From Tubiluchus corallicola (Eukaryota > Animalia > Priapulida), in contig JAQGDQ010000440.1 of assembly GCA_030141605.1 (NCBI GenBank), forward strand, positions 123,550 to 187,549: a stretch of DNA of 64,000 nucleotides. Reading direction: 5' to 3'. A program made the translations under genes and the position numbers. Below the pieces are notes generated by a model. That model had not been told where the DNA came from. It did no database searches and saw nothing but the letters and a program-made list of their open reading frames with translations. Positions within the stretch are counted from its first letter, which is position 1; each line of letters begins with the position of its first letter. Positions 40,590 to 51,096 of this stretch are shown piece by piece.

Positions 40590-40705
40590 TTTTTAATAAA
40601 TTATAGTTAGAGAACAAATGAAAAACAAAAACCCATACCTGCAAAAATAACTAACAAAATATGCTTTTATATAAGTAATACAACTAGCAAGCAGCACAGA
40701 AGTTA

Positions 40706-40891
40706 CTACTCCGCGACACTTTTCTCAATTACCAATTTATTCCTATAAAATCCACACTCACCACACACAGTATGATACTTCACAGCAGCCCCACAATTGG
40801 AGCAGGCAGAAAGCGTTGTTGGTGTTGCCTTATAATGTGTTCTGCGTTTATCCCTTCTGGATTTAGACGTTTTGCGTTTAGGATGTGCCAT
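40706..40891 (-). CDS. rpmF: 50S ribosomal protein L32
   Basis: MAHPKRKTSKSRRDKRRTH, CxxC..CxxCGFY. Confidence 0.97.
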   Translation of the reverse strand: MAHPKRKTSKSRRDKRRTHYKATPTTLSACSNCGAAVKYHTVCGECGFYRNKLVIEKSVAE

Positions 40892-40907
40892 TCTAAATAA
40901 ACTTTAT

Positions 40908-41435
40908 TTACTTACTTTTATCAACAAGCTCTTTCAACTTATGCCACCTTAGAGCTTCATTGTTACTCTTTTTTATACTTAGCTCATCTATGCGTTTTAG
41001 CATATCCCGATTACAGCCACCTGATCCGCGTTCACCTTCAGGATGAACCCGCCTTATCGGAATACACAACATGATAGACTCATAAATAAGCCAACCAATA
41101 TCTATTTGATGCTCACTCGGCTTCAGGTACAGTATATCATCACTCTCCTCCTCCTGTCTCTTGTCACTGAACTTTATATGAAGTTTTGTATCATAACTCA
41201 ACTTCTGCAAATACTTATCAAGGCATCGGTCACATTCCAACTGCACCTCACCTTTCAGCTTAAAGCAGAGTATCATATGTGCAGGGTACTTTTCTAAATC
41301 AACATTAACATGTGCCTGCCCTGCTGTAACTCCTACTTTACTAAGCTTCTCCCAAAAAGAGGCTTCAACATCAAAATCAAAATTGTGAACTCCCTCCTTT
41401 AGTCCTGAAAGCCGAATTATGTATTGCATTTCCAA
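40908..41435 (-). CDS. YceD/DUF177 family protein
   Basis: ECDRCL, RW.KLKEL; upstream of rpmF. Confidence 0.9.
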   Translation of the reverse strand: MEMQYIIRLSGLKEGVHNFDFDVEASFWEKLSKVGVTAGQAHVNVDLEKYPAHMILCFKLKGEVQLECDRCLDKYLQKLSYDTKLHIKFSDKRQEEESDDILYLKPSEHQIDIGWLIYESIMLCIPIRRVHPEGERGSGGCNRDMLKRIDELSIKKSNNEALRWHKLKELVDKSK

Positions 41436-41518
41436 AACAACATTCCCCTAAGAAGTTGCGAAGGTATTAATAATTTTTGAGTTACGATGCAGAAAAAACA
41501 GCAAAAAATCAACAGAGA

Positions 41519-42688
41519 CTAACAAAAAGGCAAAACAATACGGAAAGTTGATCCCTTACCCTGTTCAGAGTTCTTAATAAATATTTTACCATTGTGATAG
41601 TTTTCCACAATTCTCTTTGCAAGAGAAAGGCCAAGCCCCCACCCCCTTCTTTTTGTTGTATACCCCGGGGAAAAAACCTGCTGAAAACTAGCCTTAGGTA
41701 TACCTTTACCGGAATCTGTTATATCTACATAAAGCTCTTTAAAAGAGTGGTATAGAGAAATATTTATCTCTCCTTTACCATCAATTGCATCTGTCGAATT
41801 CTTACAAAGATTCTCAATTACCCATGAGAACAAAGGTGCATTTAGGGGGATATTAGATTTCTGGTAAGGGTTAAAGTTACATGTATATCTTACTCTTTTG
41901 GGGCTTCTCGCTTCTAGATAAGACACAGTAGACGAGAGAAGCTGTACTACATTGGTGTTTGTGAGTTCAGGAGCGGAACCCACTTTCGAGAAACGCTCAG
42001 CAATACGGTTTAACCTCTCTACGTCCTTCTCTATTTCATCAACAGCAGTTTTGTCAACTTTCTGTGCTCTAAGCAGCTCCACCCAAGCCATAAGAGAGGA
42101 TATCGGTGTCCCCAGCTGATGAGCGGTCTCCTTTGCCATCCCTACCCACACACGATTCTGCTCTGATACTTTAGAGGCACTAAGAGCTAGGTACAACACA
42201 ATCATAAACATACTTATTATCAGCAATTTCACCCACGGATAATACCTGAGTTTTATAAGCATCGTTGAATCATTATAATATATATAATTAGTGCTGCCTT
42301 CCGACTCCCCAATTACTATGGGAGCATGCCTTTTTTTCATCCTGGCAAGTTCTGTCCTAGCTAGCCTCTCTGTAGTCGGACTATCTGCACCAGAAATATT
42401 ACGCATGTATAGAATACTATCGCTTTGATTAGTAACGATTACAGGGATGCTATTATTTTCGAAAATATCTAGTGCAAATAGTGTATCTGCTGCAGAAATA
42501 CTATCAGTTTCATTTATTTTTTTTGCTGCTTTTGCCCATAGCTCTACTTTTAGGCGTTCATCTTTTTCAAGTATTCGGGCAATATTATTGGTATATATCA
42601 GAGTGCCAGTACCAATAATAAGGATAAATGTAAGCAGCACTAACTTAAGCCTGCGGTTACTGAGGAATTGGGTCAAATCACGAGTCAT
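41519..42688 (-). CDS. Sensor histidine kinase
   Basis: 2 TM helices; ETAHQLGTP, ENLCKN, DSGKGI, GWGLGL. Confidence 0.93.
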   Translation of the reverse strand: MTRDLTQFLSNRRLKLVLLTFILIIGTGTLIYTNNIARILEKDERLKVELWAKAAKKINETDSISAADTLFALDIFENNSIPVIVTNQSDSILYMRNISGADSPTTERLARTELARMKKRHAPIVIGESEGSTNYIYYNDSTMLIKLRYYPWVKLLIISMFMIVLYLALSASKVSEQNRVWVGMAKETAHQLGTPISSLMAWVELLRAQKVDKTAVDEIEKDVERLNRIAERFSKVGSAPELTNTNVVQLLSSTVSYLEARSPKRVRYTCNFNPYQKSNIPLNAPLFSWVIENLCKNSTDAIDGKGEINISLYHSFKELYVDITDSGKGIPKASFQQVFSPGYTTKRRGWGLGLSLAKRIVENYHNGKIFIKNSEQGKGSTFRIVLPFC

Positions 42689-42750
42689 TTGGTATTCACG
42701 ATGAAATTAGTGATTTCCTTTAAAAATGCTTACTTTTAGCAGTCTGACTT

Positions 42751-44082
42751 TTAAACCTTTCCTATATCTGTGGAAAAGCTACAGATGCTCATACTGCCAT
42801 TTTCAGATACCTGAAATAGCTTTACCTTCTGCACACTGTTCACCAAATCGGTATTAAATGGCACTTCTACTTTAATATAATTTTCCGTCCACCCACGCAA
42901 TTTACCTCCCGGCTTTCCATTTTCAAAAAGAACTAAAGCTTTTTTTCCAACATTCTTTTTATAAAATGCTAATAATTTTTTATCTGACAACCTTTTCAAC
43001 TGAGACGCACGATGCTTTCGTTTCGGTAAAGGTACAATACCAGGAATTTCAACCGCCTTTGTATTTGCCCTTTCTGAATAGGGGAAAACATGAAGTTGCG
43101 ATACGTCAAGCCCCTCTACAAACTGTAATGTGTCGTTAAAAAACTCATCCGTCTCCCCATTCATTCCTGCGATTATATCAACTCCAATAAATGAAAATGG
43201 TATGAGTTTGCGTATCTTATCTACTTTGGTTGAAAATATATCACGTGCATACCTGCGCCTCATTAACTTTAGCATCTCATCCGAACCCGACTGCAAAGGG
43301 ATATGAAAATGCGGCATAAATTTTTTTGAGTTACTCACAAGCTCTATTATCTCATCATGTAGTAGATTAGGCTCAATTGATGAGATACGAATACGACTAA
43401 CCTCCTCCACTTTATCCAAAGCCCTGAGCAGCCCAATAAGGCTCTCTCCCGTAGAGCGGCCAAAATCACCTATATTTACACCTGTAAGTATAATCTCTTT
43501 CACCCCGCTTTCCCCAGCTGTCTTTGCTGCTTTAACGATACTTTCAATACTGGGATTACGGCTCCTTCCGCGTGCATTTGGTATAGTACAGTAGCTACAA
43601 GAATAGTCACACCCATCCTGTATCTTCAGAAAACTTCGGGTTCGGTTCCCAAAAGAGCAGGAGTGGTTGAACGTTAAATTATCCTTAAACGTGCAGGTAT
43701 GTACCTCAGCACTATCATGCTTCTCAAGGTCTTTTAAATATTTCAGGATATGGAACTTATCATTTGTCCCAAGCACCAGGTCAACCCCGGGTATAGATGC
43801 AGCCTCTGCAGGCTTCAACTGCGCATAGCATCCAACCACCACAATAAAAGCGGCCGGATTCCGCATTATTGCCTGCCTTATAAGAGCCCGGCTCTTTTTG
43901 TCAGCACTATCGGTAACCGAGCAGGTATTAATAACATAAATATCTGCATCATCCTTAAAGTCTACCTGCTTAAATCCTGTCTTCTGAAACAATAGCGAGA
44001 TAGTTAGCATCTCAGAGAAGTTTAACTTACAACCCAACGTGCTAAAAGCAACCCTTCTGCCTTTGTACATCAAATGCTTCAT
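42751..44082 (-). CDS. mtaB: tRNA methylthiotransferase MtaB
   Basis: TLGCKLN, INTCSVT, GCDYSCSYC; start moved downstream of the TACTTTTG box at 44108-44115. Confidence 0.93.
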   Translation of the reverse strand: MKHLMYKGRRVAFSTLGCKLNFSEMLTISLLFQKTGFKQVDFKDDADIYVINTCSVTDSADKKSRALIRQAIMRNPAAFIVVVGCYAQLKPAEAASIPGVDLVLGTNDKFHILKYLKDLEKHDSAEVHTCTFKDNLTFNHSCSFGNRTRSFLKIQDGCDYSCSYCTIPNARGRSRNPSIESIVKAAKTAGESGVKEIILTGVNIGDFGRSTGESLIGLLRALDKVEEVSRIRISSIEPNLLHDEIIELVSNSKKFMPHFHIPLQSGSDEMLKLMRRRYARDIFSTKVDKIRKLIPFSFIGVDIIAGMNGETDEFFNDTLQFVEGLDVSQLHVFPYSERANTKAVEIPGIVPLPKRKHRASQLKRLSDKKLLAFYKKNVGKKALVLFENGKPGGKLRGWTENYIKVEVPFNTDLVNSVQKVKLFQVSENGSMSICSFSTDIGKV

Positions 44083-44228
44083 TCTATTCCTTAGGATAAA
44101 CAGGCCACAAAAGTACAAATATAATCCCAGAACAAACCGAAGTATATAAGTAGCTAAAGGCAGTGATTATTTCCTCTAAAATAGGACTGTGATCTAAACT
44201 CAAAAATAAAGACTAACTTTACTGTATT

Positions 44229-44364
44229 GAAGCCTTTACAAGACGAAAGATTTTGTTCAGGTTGAGGGAAAACTGATAAAAGCCCGCAGCTTGCTGGTGT
44301 ATATAAGGATTTTGAAGAAAATTTCGAGAAAAATATTAGTAAAAATAAGCTTTGTAAAGATCTT
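44229..44364 (+). repeat. Family A element
   Basis: gaagcctttacaagacgaaag...cccgcagcttgctggtgtatataaggattttgaag...gctttgtaaagatctt. Confidence 0.85.
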
Positions 44365-44506
44365 ATAGCTTAGATGCTATAATGGTTAAACAGCTTATAC
44401 AAAATGAACACCCCGACAAACTATCAAAAGAGTAATAAAACCTGTAGGATATACTTTCAATCCTTTAAGCTGAAAGAGAATAACTAATCTTTTTAATATT
44501 TGAGCT

Positions 44507-44647
44507 ATGTACACTACTGGAGAAAAGCCTGGCATGGGAAGTTACAAATGTGTAAAATGTGGATTAATAATTAAGCTTGATGATAATGCCGATGCACTTC
44601 CCATCTGTCCAAAATGTCGTGCTAAACAATGGACTAAAATTAGTTAA
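44507..44647 (+). CDS. 46 aa zinc-ribbon protein (below the ORF-track cutoff)
   Basis: MYTTGEKPGMGSYKCVKCG...DALPICPKC; two CxxC; followed by a hairpin. Confidence 0.85.
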   Translation: MYTTGEKPGMGSYKCVKCGLIIKLDDNADALPICPKCRAKQWTKIS

Positions 44648-44652
44648 CCTAA

Positions 44653-44683
44653 AAGGGCTGTCTCTACAGGACTCAGCCCTTCT
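44653..44683 (+). terminator. Probable terminator after the zinc-ribbon gene
   Basis: aagggctg...cagccctt stem. Confidence 0.5.
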
Positions 44684-44692
44684 GCATTAGAA

Positions 44693-44937
44693 AGCACTAT
44701 CTCATAAACTGTGTAAATAGAAAATACACAAAAAACAAACTTTCATTCCCGTCAGACCAGACTGTAATGAAATCTGTATTTTTGGCAACCAGAGAAGCAA
44801 CTAAAAAATGGTCAATGTCAATCAGGAACTGGGGCATTGTCTTGAATCAGTTCTTAGTTATATTTGAAAAAAGGGTCCAGCTATAAATAGCCAAACCCTC
44901 GGTATATTTTAGTTTACACACTTTGTGAAACAGTGTC
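44693..44937 (+). mobile_element. Internally deleted IS256-family element (mini-IS256)
   Basis: Both TIRs present; 44719-44886 encodes [13 protein letters not shown]...[15 protein letters not shown] (IS256 transposase C-terminus); flanks cattagaa / atttagaa. Confidence 0.85.
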
Positions 44938-44971
44938 ATTTAGAACGAGCTTACACTGCTGCACAACGGCA

Positions 44972-47900
44972 TCACTCCACCTCTAAAATACTGCTCTCAT
45001 CTATATACCATACATACCCACTTACTTTTGCAAACCCCATATCTAATAGATCATTAATATACTCTTTCACCTGGGCAAAATGCTTTTCAGAGACACCTCC
45101 CGTTTTATAATCAACTATAACAGCCCTGTCCTTCTCTACCATAATGCGGTCAGGGCGCCGCTTTTTATCGCCAGGCCTCAAAATATTCCTCTCTGCCAAC
45201 ACCTTCCATTTTCCGCTAAACCACTCTTTCGCTTTCTCATCATATACTAGTGCTCTGATACCTTTTTCCAGCATAGAGGCCTCATCCACACTTATTCTCC
45301 CTTCAAACAAACACCTTTTAATAACGGGGGCAATATCGTCAGCCGTTACGATCCTCTCTAGCACCTCATGTATATGGCGCCCACGGTTCATTTTTGACAA
45401 CCTGTCATCATCACCCGGCAGTGAATACCCTTCACTGTTTAACTTTATCTTAAAATTATCACTCCTGCCCGTAAACAAAACTTCTCCACACCCACTCTCC
45501 CTCACTGCACTTCCTCTCTCAAAATAACCCAACTCCCCTATTTTGAATTTCTTATCGCTGCTATTCCAATAATCAGACATGCTTATATACTTCTCACAAT
45601 CAGCCGAATCGAGCAGCGGTGGCTGCTCAATAACAGACTGTAATACTTCTGACACACTCCCGGAAGAGCTCTTATCCTCACTATGCTGGCAATAGATAAA
45701 TAAAAAATCTACCGCACGTGTAAATGCAACATACATTAGATTTAGATTATCCACCGCACTATAAACCATCTCGGTACAATACTCCTCGGAAAAAAATGAA
45801 TCCTTCAGCTCTTTAGAAAACTTTACAGGAACCACCTCCAACCTGTTGAACGGCTCCACTCTAGGCTTACACCACATCTGTCTGGCTTTATTTACCTCCG
45901 GAAATATTTTCCAGTCACAAAACGGAACAAAAACAACTTTAAACTCCAACCCTTTCGACTTGTGAATAGTTAACACATTTACTGCATTTTGATCTTCAGG
46001 GGCGCTTATTGACTGATCCTTACCCGTGCTCTCCCACCAATTAAGAAATGAAACAATATCGGGCATCTCATTCCAGGTATACTCAAGCAAAATATCCAAG
46101 AATGCCTGTAAAAAAACCCACTCTCCCGTAGCTCTGTGCAGCTGAAATTCACTTATAATGTGCCCAACAAGATCATACAAGGATAAATTCTTAAGCTTAC
46201 ATAAAGCCTTCTCTCTCCTTTTATGGCTTATCCAGTCTGCAAAGATACGGGATGCCTCATCTTCTGGAAAGAGAGCACCCTGCGCGTCAGACCTACCGCA
46301 GTTACCATCCATCTTAATACTATCGGAAATTAACGGCGCTATACAGTTAAAATACTCGTGCATCATGGTGGTAACACATATCTCATTCTGGGGCTCGGCA
46401 ACCATCGTCAGAAACAGAACTACAAACCTTACCGTTGCCGACTGTTCCACTTTTAGCGAATCACCGGATACAACATTATAGCAACAGTTCTTCCTTGGCG
46501 CTTTATACTTTTTCCTCAACATGGCTTTCACTACCATCTCACCTTCGCGTTTACTCCTCACAAGTATGGCTATATCTCCAGGATTACACCCTTTCTCTTG
46601 TAGATCCTCCACCTGTTTTACAAGGCGCTCCAGTACATCTTCCCTAAACTCATTTTTATTTGAGCAACCTTCAACAAACTTTACCTCTACATACCCGTTA
46701 CTTGTGGATTTATACGAGCAACTTTGATAATGATCTGCATAAGCATTCTCAACCGCACCTTTTAGCATACCAGCCTCAGTACCGTTAAGCCTCTCCTCCA
46801 GCTCTTCCTCAATATGTTTGGCACACTCCCTGAAAATAATGTTATTGAACCCTATTACATTTTTTGAACTTCTCCAATTAGTACCAAGAGATATTGTATT
46901 TGTACCAAATGAAGAATATTCGTTCTCCAGTTGAGTTGCAAGTATATCCCAATCTCCATCTCTCCACCTGTATATAGACTGCTTCACATCCCCAACCACA
47001 AGGCTCAAGTTCCCTTCCGAAAGTGAGTTTTTTACAAGTGGTGCAAAATTCTGCCACTGTATTCCTGAGGTATCCTGAAATTCATCAAGCATAAAATGAC
47101 GAAAAATACTTCCCATTTTTTCATATATAAACGAGGAAGAATCACCATCCACAATATCATTTATATAATGTGGCACATCATCTATTAACAGTAGCCCCTT
47201 CTCCTCCGCAACCTCTTTTACCTTTATCGCAAGATCGGCAAGAATACCCAATACATATAACCCTGGCAAAATTGCATTTGCCGTATTCACTCTGGGTAAC
47301 TGTTCTCTACGTGTTGACAGAGCCTTTAAAATCAGCTTATTCAAACCTACTTCATAAGCATTTGATATCCTCTCTTTCAGCTCATCACTATCTGACTTCT
47401 TATACCACCCTTCAAGATTATTGCAGGCGCTTTCAACCCTTTTCGATGGCTCGTATTTCCCGTCTACAAGCTTGTTAAAATAGCTCGCAAAAGAGCTTTT
47501 CCCATACTTAAACTGGGTAACTTTCAAACCACACCTATCCATCAGCTCAAGACCGCTGCTACCTATCTCCTGCATTGTAACTTCATAGCTCGACACAATC
47601 TCCTTCAATGCTACAGTATACTCCGCGAGAAAAACCTTGTTGGAGATAAGATCAACAGTATCACCGCTAAGCATCCTAAACCCTTTACTAAAAATATCTT
47701 CCCCTTTATTAAGCATTTCCTCCCTAAAGTCCCAGTTTAACCCCTTTCTGATATTTTCATCTGCATATGCGTGCAGCCAGTTCTTTATATTTTCATTCTC
47801 ACCTATTTCAAAAAATATTCTATCAATAGCCTCCTCAAATACAACCTCTTTATTAATCTCCATTTTGTGTGAAGGGCGAATATTCATTTCACGGGAAAAG

Positions 47901-48244
47901 GCGCGAACTATTTTCTGGAAAAAACTATCAATAGTGCTTATCGAAAAATGTGAATAATCATGAAGTATGTGCTTCAGAATGGATGCTGCTTCCTGCCTGA
48001 TCTCTGCCTCACTCTTTTTTGCCACCTCCCTAAGGGTATCCAGATGAGCTGAACCCTCTCCATTTGCCAAAAGATGTAACTCTCGAAGTATTCTACCCTT
48101 CATCTCCGCAGTAGCCTTATTGGTAAAAGTAACAGCCAAAATATTTTTATACGCTCTCTTTCTACCAAATACCAATTGCAGGTACTCGCTTGTTATCTGA
48201 AAAGTTTTGCCGGATCCAGCCGAAGCTTTGTATATCTTTAACAT
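44972..48244 (-). CDS. UvrD/AddA-like helicase with C-terminal PD-(D/E)xK nuclease
   Basis: ASAGSGKT, DEFQDT, VGDVKQSIYRWR, TIHKSKGLEF, YVAFTRA, RPDR..IVDYKTG. Confidence 0.92.
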   Translation of the reverse strand: MLKIYKASAGSGKTFQITSEYLQLVFGRKRAYKNILAVTFTNKATAEMKGRILRELHLLANGEGSAHLDTLREVAKKSEAEIRQEAASILKHILHDYSHFSISTIDSFFQKIVRAFSREMNIRPSHKMEINKEVVFEEAIDRIFFEIGENENIKNWLHAYADENIRKGLNWDFREEMLNKGEDIFSKGFRMLSGDTVDLISNKVFLAEYTVALKEIVSSYEVTMQEIGSSGLELMDRCGLKVTQFKYGKSSFASYFNKLVDGKYEPSKRVESACNNLEGWYKKSDSDELKERISNAYEVGLNKLILKALSTRREQLPRVNTANAILPGLYVLGILADLAIKVKEVAEEKGLLLIDDVPHYINDIVDGDSSSFIYEKMGSIFRHFMLDEFQDTSGIQWQNFAPLVKNSLSEGNLSLVVGDVKQSIYRWRDGDWDILATQLENEYSSFGTNTISLGTNWRSSKNVIGFNNIIFRECAKHIEEELEERLNGTEAGMLKGAVENAYADHYQSCSYKSTSNGYVEVKFVEGCSNKNEFREDVLERLVKQVEDLQEKGCNPGDIAILVRSKREGEMVVKAMLRKKYKAPRKNCCYNVVSGDSLKVEQSATVRFVVLFLTMVAEPQNEICVTTMMHEYFNCIAPLISDSIKMDGNCGRSDAQGALFPEDEASRIFADWISHKRREKALCKLKNLSLYDLVGHIISEFQLHRATGEWVFLQAFLDILLEYTWNEMPDIVSFLNWWESTGKDQSISAPEDQNAVNVLTIHKSKGLEFKVVFVPFCDWKIFPEVNKARQMWCKPRVEPFNRLEVVPVKFSKELKDSFFSEEYCTEMVYSAVDNLNLMYVAFTRAVDFLFIYCQHSEDKSSSGSVSEVLQSVIEQPPLLDSADCEKYISMSDYWNSSDKKFKIGELGYFERGSAVRESGCGEVLFTGRSDNFKIKLNSEGYSLPGDDDRLSKMNRGRHIHEVLERIVTADDIAPVIKRCLFEGRISVDEASMLEKGIRALVYDEKAKEWFSGKWKVLAERNILRPGDKKRRPDRIMVEKDRAVIVDYKTGGVSEKHFAQVKEYINDLLDMGFAKVSGYVWYIDESSILEVE

Positions 48245-48483
48245 ATATTACTTTAAATCTGATAGTAGGGGCAACGCCCTAAAAATATAAAAATTACAGC
48301 GCCTCCTGTGCTAAAAAACCCAATACATTTTTATAATATTACGCAAATAGTCAACTCTAAGCGCAATAAGGCTAGAATTAACCACAGATTAAACAAAACA
48401 CATCACAATAATGAATATTAGCAAATACTAATATGCAGCATCAGATAAACTTATATCGTCTTTTTAGAAACAGCAGATAAGTA

Positions 48484-49035
48484 TTGAAAAGTTTAAACTT
48501 AGACATTCACAAAGAGCTTATTGAGCACTGCATGAATGGAGACAGAAAAGCTCAATTTGAAGTTTACAAGCTCTACAGTAAGGCCATGTACAACACATGC
48601 CTGAGAATAGTAGGTAGCTGTGAGGACGCTGAGGATATTATACAAGAATCATTCCTTGCGGCTTTCAATAAACTGGAAACTTACAAGAGAGAAGCAAGCT
48701 TTGGAGCCTGGTTAAAAAGAATAGTGATAAACCGTTCTTTGGACCATATAAAAAAGACAAAGGCAATATTTGAGGAGCTCCAAAATAATACTGCAATTGT
48801 TGAAGAAAATATTGAATACTCATCACCTATATCTATTGATGAAATAAAAAGTGCAGTACAGGAGTTACCAAATGGGTACAGAGTGGTGCTATCGCTTGTG
48901 CTTTTTGAAGGCTATGACCACGAGGAGGTAGGACAGATTCTGAAAATTGGAAACTCTTCATCGCGCTCACAATACACAAGAGCAAAAAATAAATTGAAGA
49001 GTATTTTAGAGAAAAAATATAGCACAACTGATTAA
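48484..49035 (+). CDS. ECF RNA polymerase sigma factor
   Basis: DAEDIIQESF, WLKRIVIN, EGYDHEEV, SRSQY.RAK. Confidence 0.92.
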   Translation: MKSLNLDIHKELIEHCMNGDRKAQFEVYKLYSKAMYNTCLRIVGSCEDAEDIIQESFLAAFNKLETYKREASFGAWLKRIVINRSLDHIKKTKAIFEELQNNTAIVEENIEYSSPISIDEIKSAVQELPNGYRVVLSLVLFEGYDHEEVGQILKIGNSSSRSQYTRAKNKLKSILEKKYSTTD

Positions 49036-49045
49036 GGAAGCTTTT

Positions 49046-49594
49046 ATGGATAAAATTGAAAAAATAATTATTGAGAATCGTGACAGATTCGAGGAAAACC
49101 TTCCTAACGGACATATGGAGCGGTTTAAAGCCCGGATGGGGCCAGCCAGAGATAAAAAACCCCTGACGGTGCGCCTGGGACGTGTCGCTGCTGTCGCTGC
49201 CATAGTAGCTATAACCATAAGTGTTGGTATGCACCTGTTGCCAAACCTGTTCAAAACAGGCAACAGCCCCGTTCATCTGCCACCATATATGGCAGAAACA
49301 GAGACGTATTACGTAAACAATATAGACCGTGGAATTATCGAAATAGAAAAGCTATTATCCAAAGACATTAGCACAAAAGAGGAGATAGAAATAATACGGC
49401 ATGAACTTGCCAAAATGGATAGTCTTTACCTCATGCTCCAAAAAGACCTGGAGCATAATTACGAAGATGAACGTGTTGTAAACGCAATGATAAAGCACTA
49501 TCAAATTAAATTAGACGTTATCAATGCAGTATTGCATAATTTAAAAAATATAAAGCAAGATAAGAAAATAGCGACTAAAAATATAGATGTATGA
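49046..49594 (+). CDS. Putative anti-sigma factor (single TM)
   Basis: GHMERF motif, central TM helix; directly after the ECF sigma. Confidence 0.65.
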   Translation: MDKIEKIIIENRDRFEENLPNGHMERFKARMGPARDKKPLTVRLGRVAAVAAIVAITISVGMHLLPNLFKTGNSPVHLPPYMAETETYYVNNIDRGIIEIEKLLSKDISTKEEIEIIRHELAKMDSLYLMLQKDLEHNYEDERVVNAMIKHYQIKLDVINAVLHNLKNIKQDKKIATKNIDV

Positions 49595-50607
49595 AGACAC
49601 TAAAATTAAACATATTAATAGCTGTATCACTTTTAATAGCTATGCCCTCACTGGCAGAGCGTATCTCAAAGGAGACATATGAAAGCTACTCCATAGACCA
49701 GGTAAATAAGCTTAAGGTAAGTAACAAGTACGGCAACATATACATTAATGATTCACGCACAGACTCTGTTGTTATAAGAGTTGAAAAATGGATTGAAGGG
49801 CTATCGGAAAAAAAGGCATTACACCTTCTGGACCAAATTGACATATCATTAAAGTTTACAAATGGCGCCATTACTGCCCAGACAAATATTAAAAAAAACT
49901 TTAAAACCCGCCAAAAATTTAGTATCGACTATTACATATCGATTCCTGAAGACAAGGATCTGTTCGTAGAGCAAAAATATGGTGGAGTAAACATGAATAA
50001 CCTCACGGGAAACGGACACTTTATAATAAAGTACGGACACTTCAATGGTAAAGAACTAAACTCTGCAAAATTACAGATGGATATAGGGTTCAGCGAAGTA
50101 TCAATAGATGAAGTATCAACTTTGAACTTAGTGCTAAGGTACTCTAAAATGTCTATTGAGAAAGGGAAAAACCTTACAATAGAAAGCCGCTTTTCAACCC
50201 TAAATATTGAAAAATGCAATGGTCTTATATCCAATTCACGATATGATGGAATCAATATTGGCACAATACAGGAGTTAACAATGAAGTCAAAATTTACTAA
50301 CACAGACATAGATAACGTAACCCAAAACTTTACGCTGGATAATGAATATGGGAATGTAAGTGTAGGTAAAATTTCGCTAGGCTTCAAAAACATTAATATT
50401 CAGAATAGATACGCAAACGTAAGTTTAAAAATAGATAGTATGGCATCATACCACCTGGAGGCCTACTTAGAACACTGCTCTCTTAAATATTTTCAAAAAA
50501 ATACAACAACCGACTCTACAGTAAATGAGTATGTAGGGAATATAAAAAACACACCCTCTAAAGTTCACATTCAGAGCCGCTACGGGAACATAGACCTAAC
50601 ACCTTAA
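49591..50607 (+). CDS. Secreted beta-strand-repeat protein (DUF4097-like)
   Basis: Signal peptide; repeated NKYGNI/SRYGNI-type strands. Confidence 0.7.
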   Translation: MKTLKLNILIAVSLLIAMPSLAERISKETYESYSIDQVNKLKVSNKYGNIYINDSRTDSVVIRVEKWIEGLSEKKALHLLDQIDISLKFTNGAITAQTNIKKNFKTRQKFSIDYYISIPEDKDLFVEQKYGGVNMNNLTGNGHFIIKYGHFNGKELNSAKLQMDIGFSEVSIDEVSTLNLVLRYSKMSIEKGKNLTIESRFSTLNIEKCNGLISNSRYDGINIGTIQELTMKSKFTNTDIDNVTQNFTLDNEYGNVSVGKISLGFKNINIQNRYANVSLKIDSMASYHLEAYLEHCSLKYFQKNTTTDSTVNEYVGNIKNTPSKVHIQSRYGNIDLTP

Positions 50608-50658
50608 CCTATTCTATAAAAAACTTAACAGAAAGCTAGGCAAGGCACTCGGTAAACT

Positions 50659-50699
50659 GAGAGCTTCGTAAAGCAGAATGTCTTGACTTATAGAAAAAT
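50659..50699 (+). repeat. Family A element, partial (left arm)
   Basis: gagagcttcgtaaagcagaatgtcttgactta resembles the left arm of the 31512 copy. Confidence 0.5.
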
Positions 50700-50702
50700 A
50701 GT

Positions 50703-50829
50703 GAAGCATTTATAAAACGAAAATTTTTGATTCCGGATTGAGTAAAAATTCGAAGAACCGCTGTTTGATAATGTAAATAATGGTTTTGACGAAAATATCA
50801 ATACAAAGATGGGCTTTGCAAATGGCTTA
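50703..50829 (+). repeat. Family A element (short variant)
   Basis: aaccgctgtttgataatgtaaata...ttttgacgaaaatatcaatacaaagatgggctttgcaaatggct. Confidence 0.8.
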
Positions 50830-50927
50830 ACTCAGTATATTCCTAAAGAACTACAACTATTTATCATTTTGAGTATCTTTGCCAAAACTGTCATTTTCTC
50901 ATTGGCATGAAATTTGAGGAAACTTTT

Positions 50928-51053
50928 AATACCTTTACAAGGCGAAAGATTTGATTAAATTGAGTGAAAAATTTGGTGAAAAGCCACAGTTTGACACTAG
51001 CAAATGAGGATTTTGACTAGAACATCAATAAAAAATAATCTTGCAAAGATTTC
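50928..51053 (+). repeat. Family A element (short variant)
   Basis: acctttacaaggcgaaagat...aaatgaggattttgac...cttgcaaagatttc. Confidence 0.8.
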
Positions 51054-51096
51054 GAAACAGAATTTGACTAAGAGGTAATTTCAAAAATAGCTGAAA

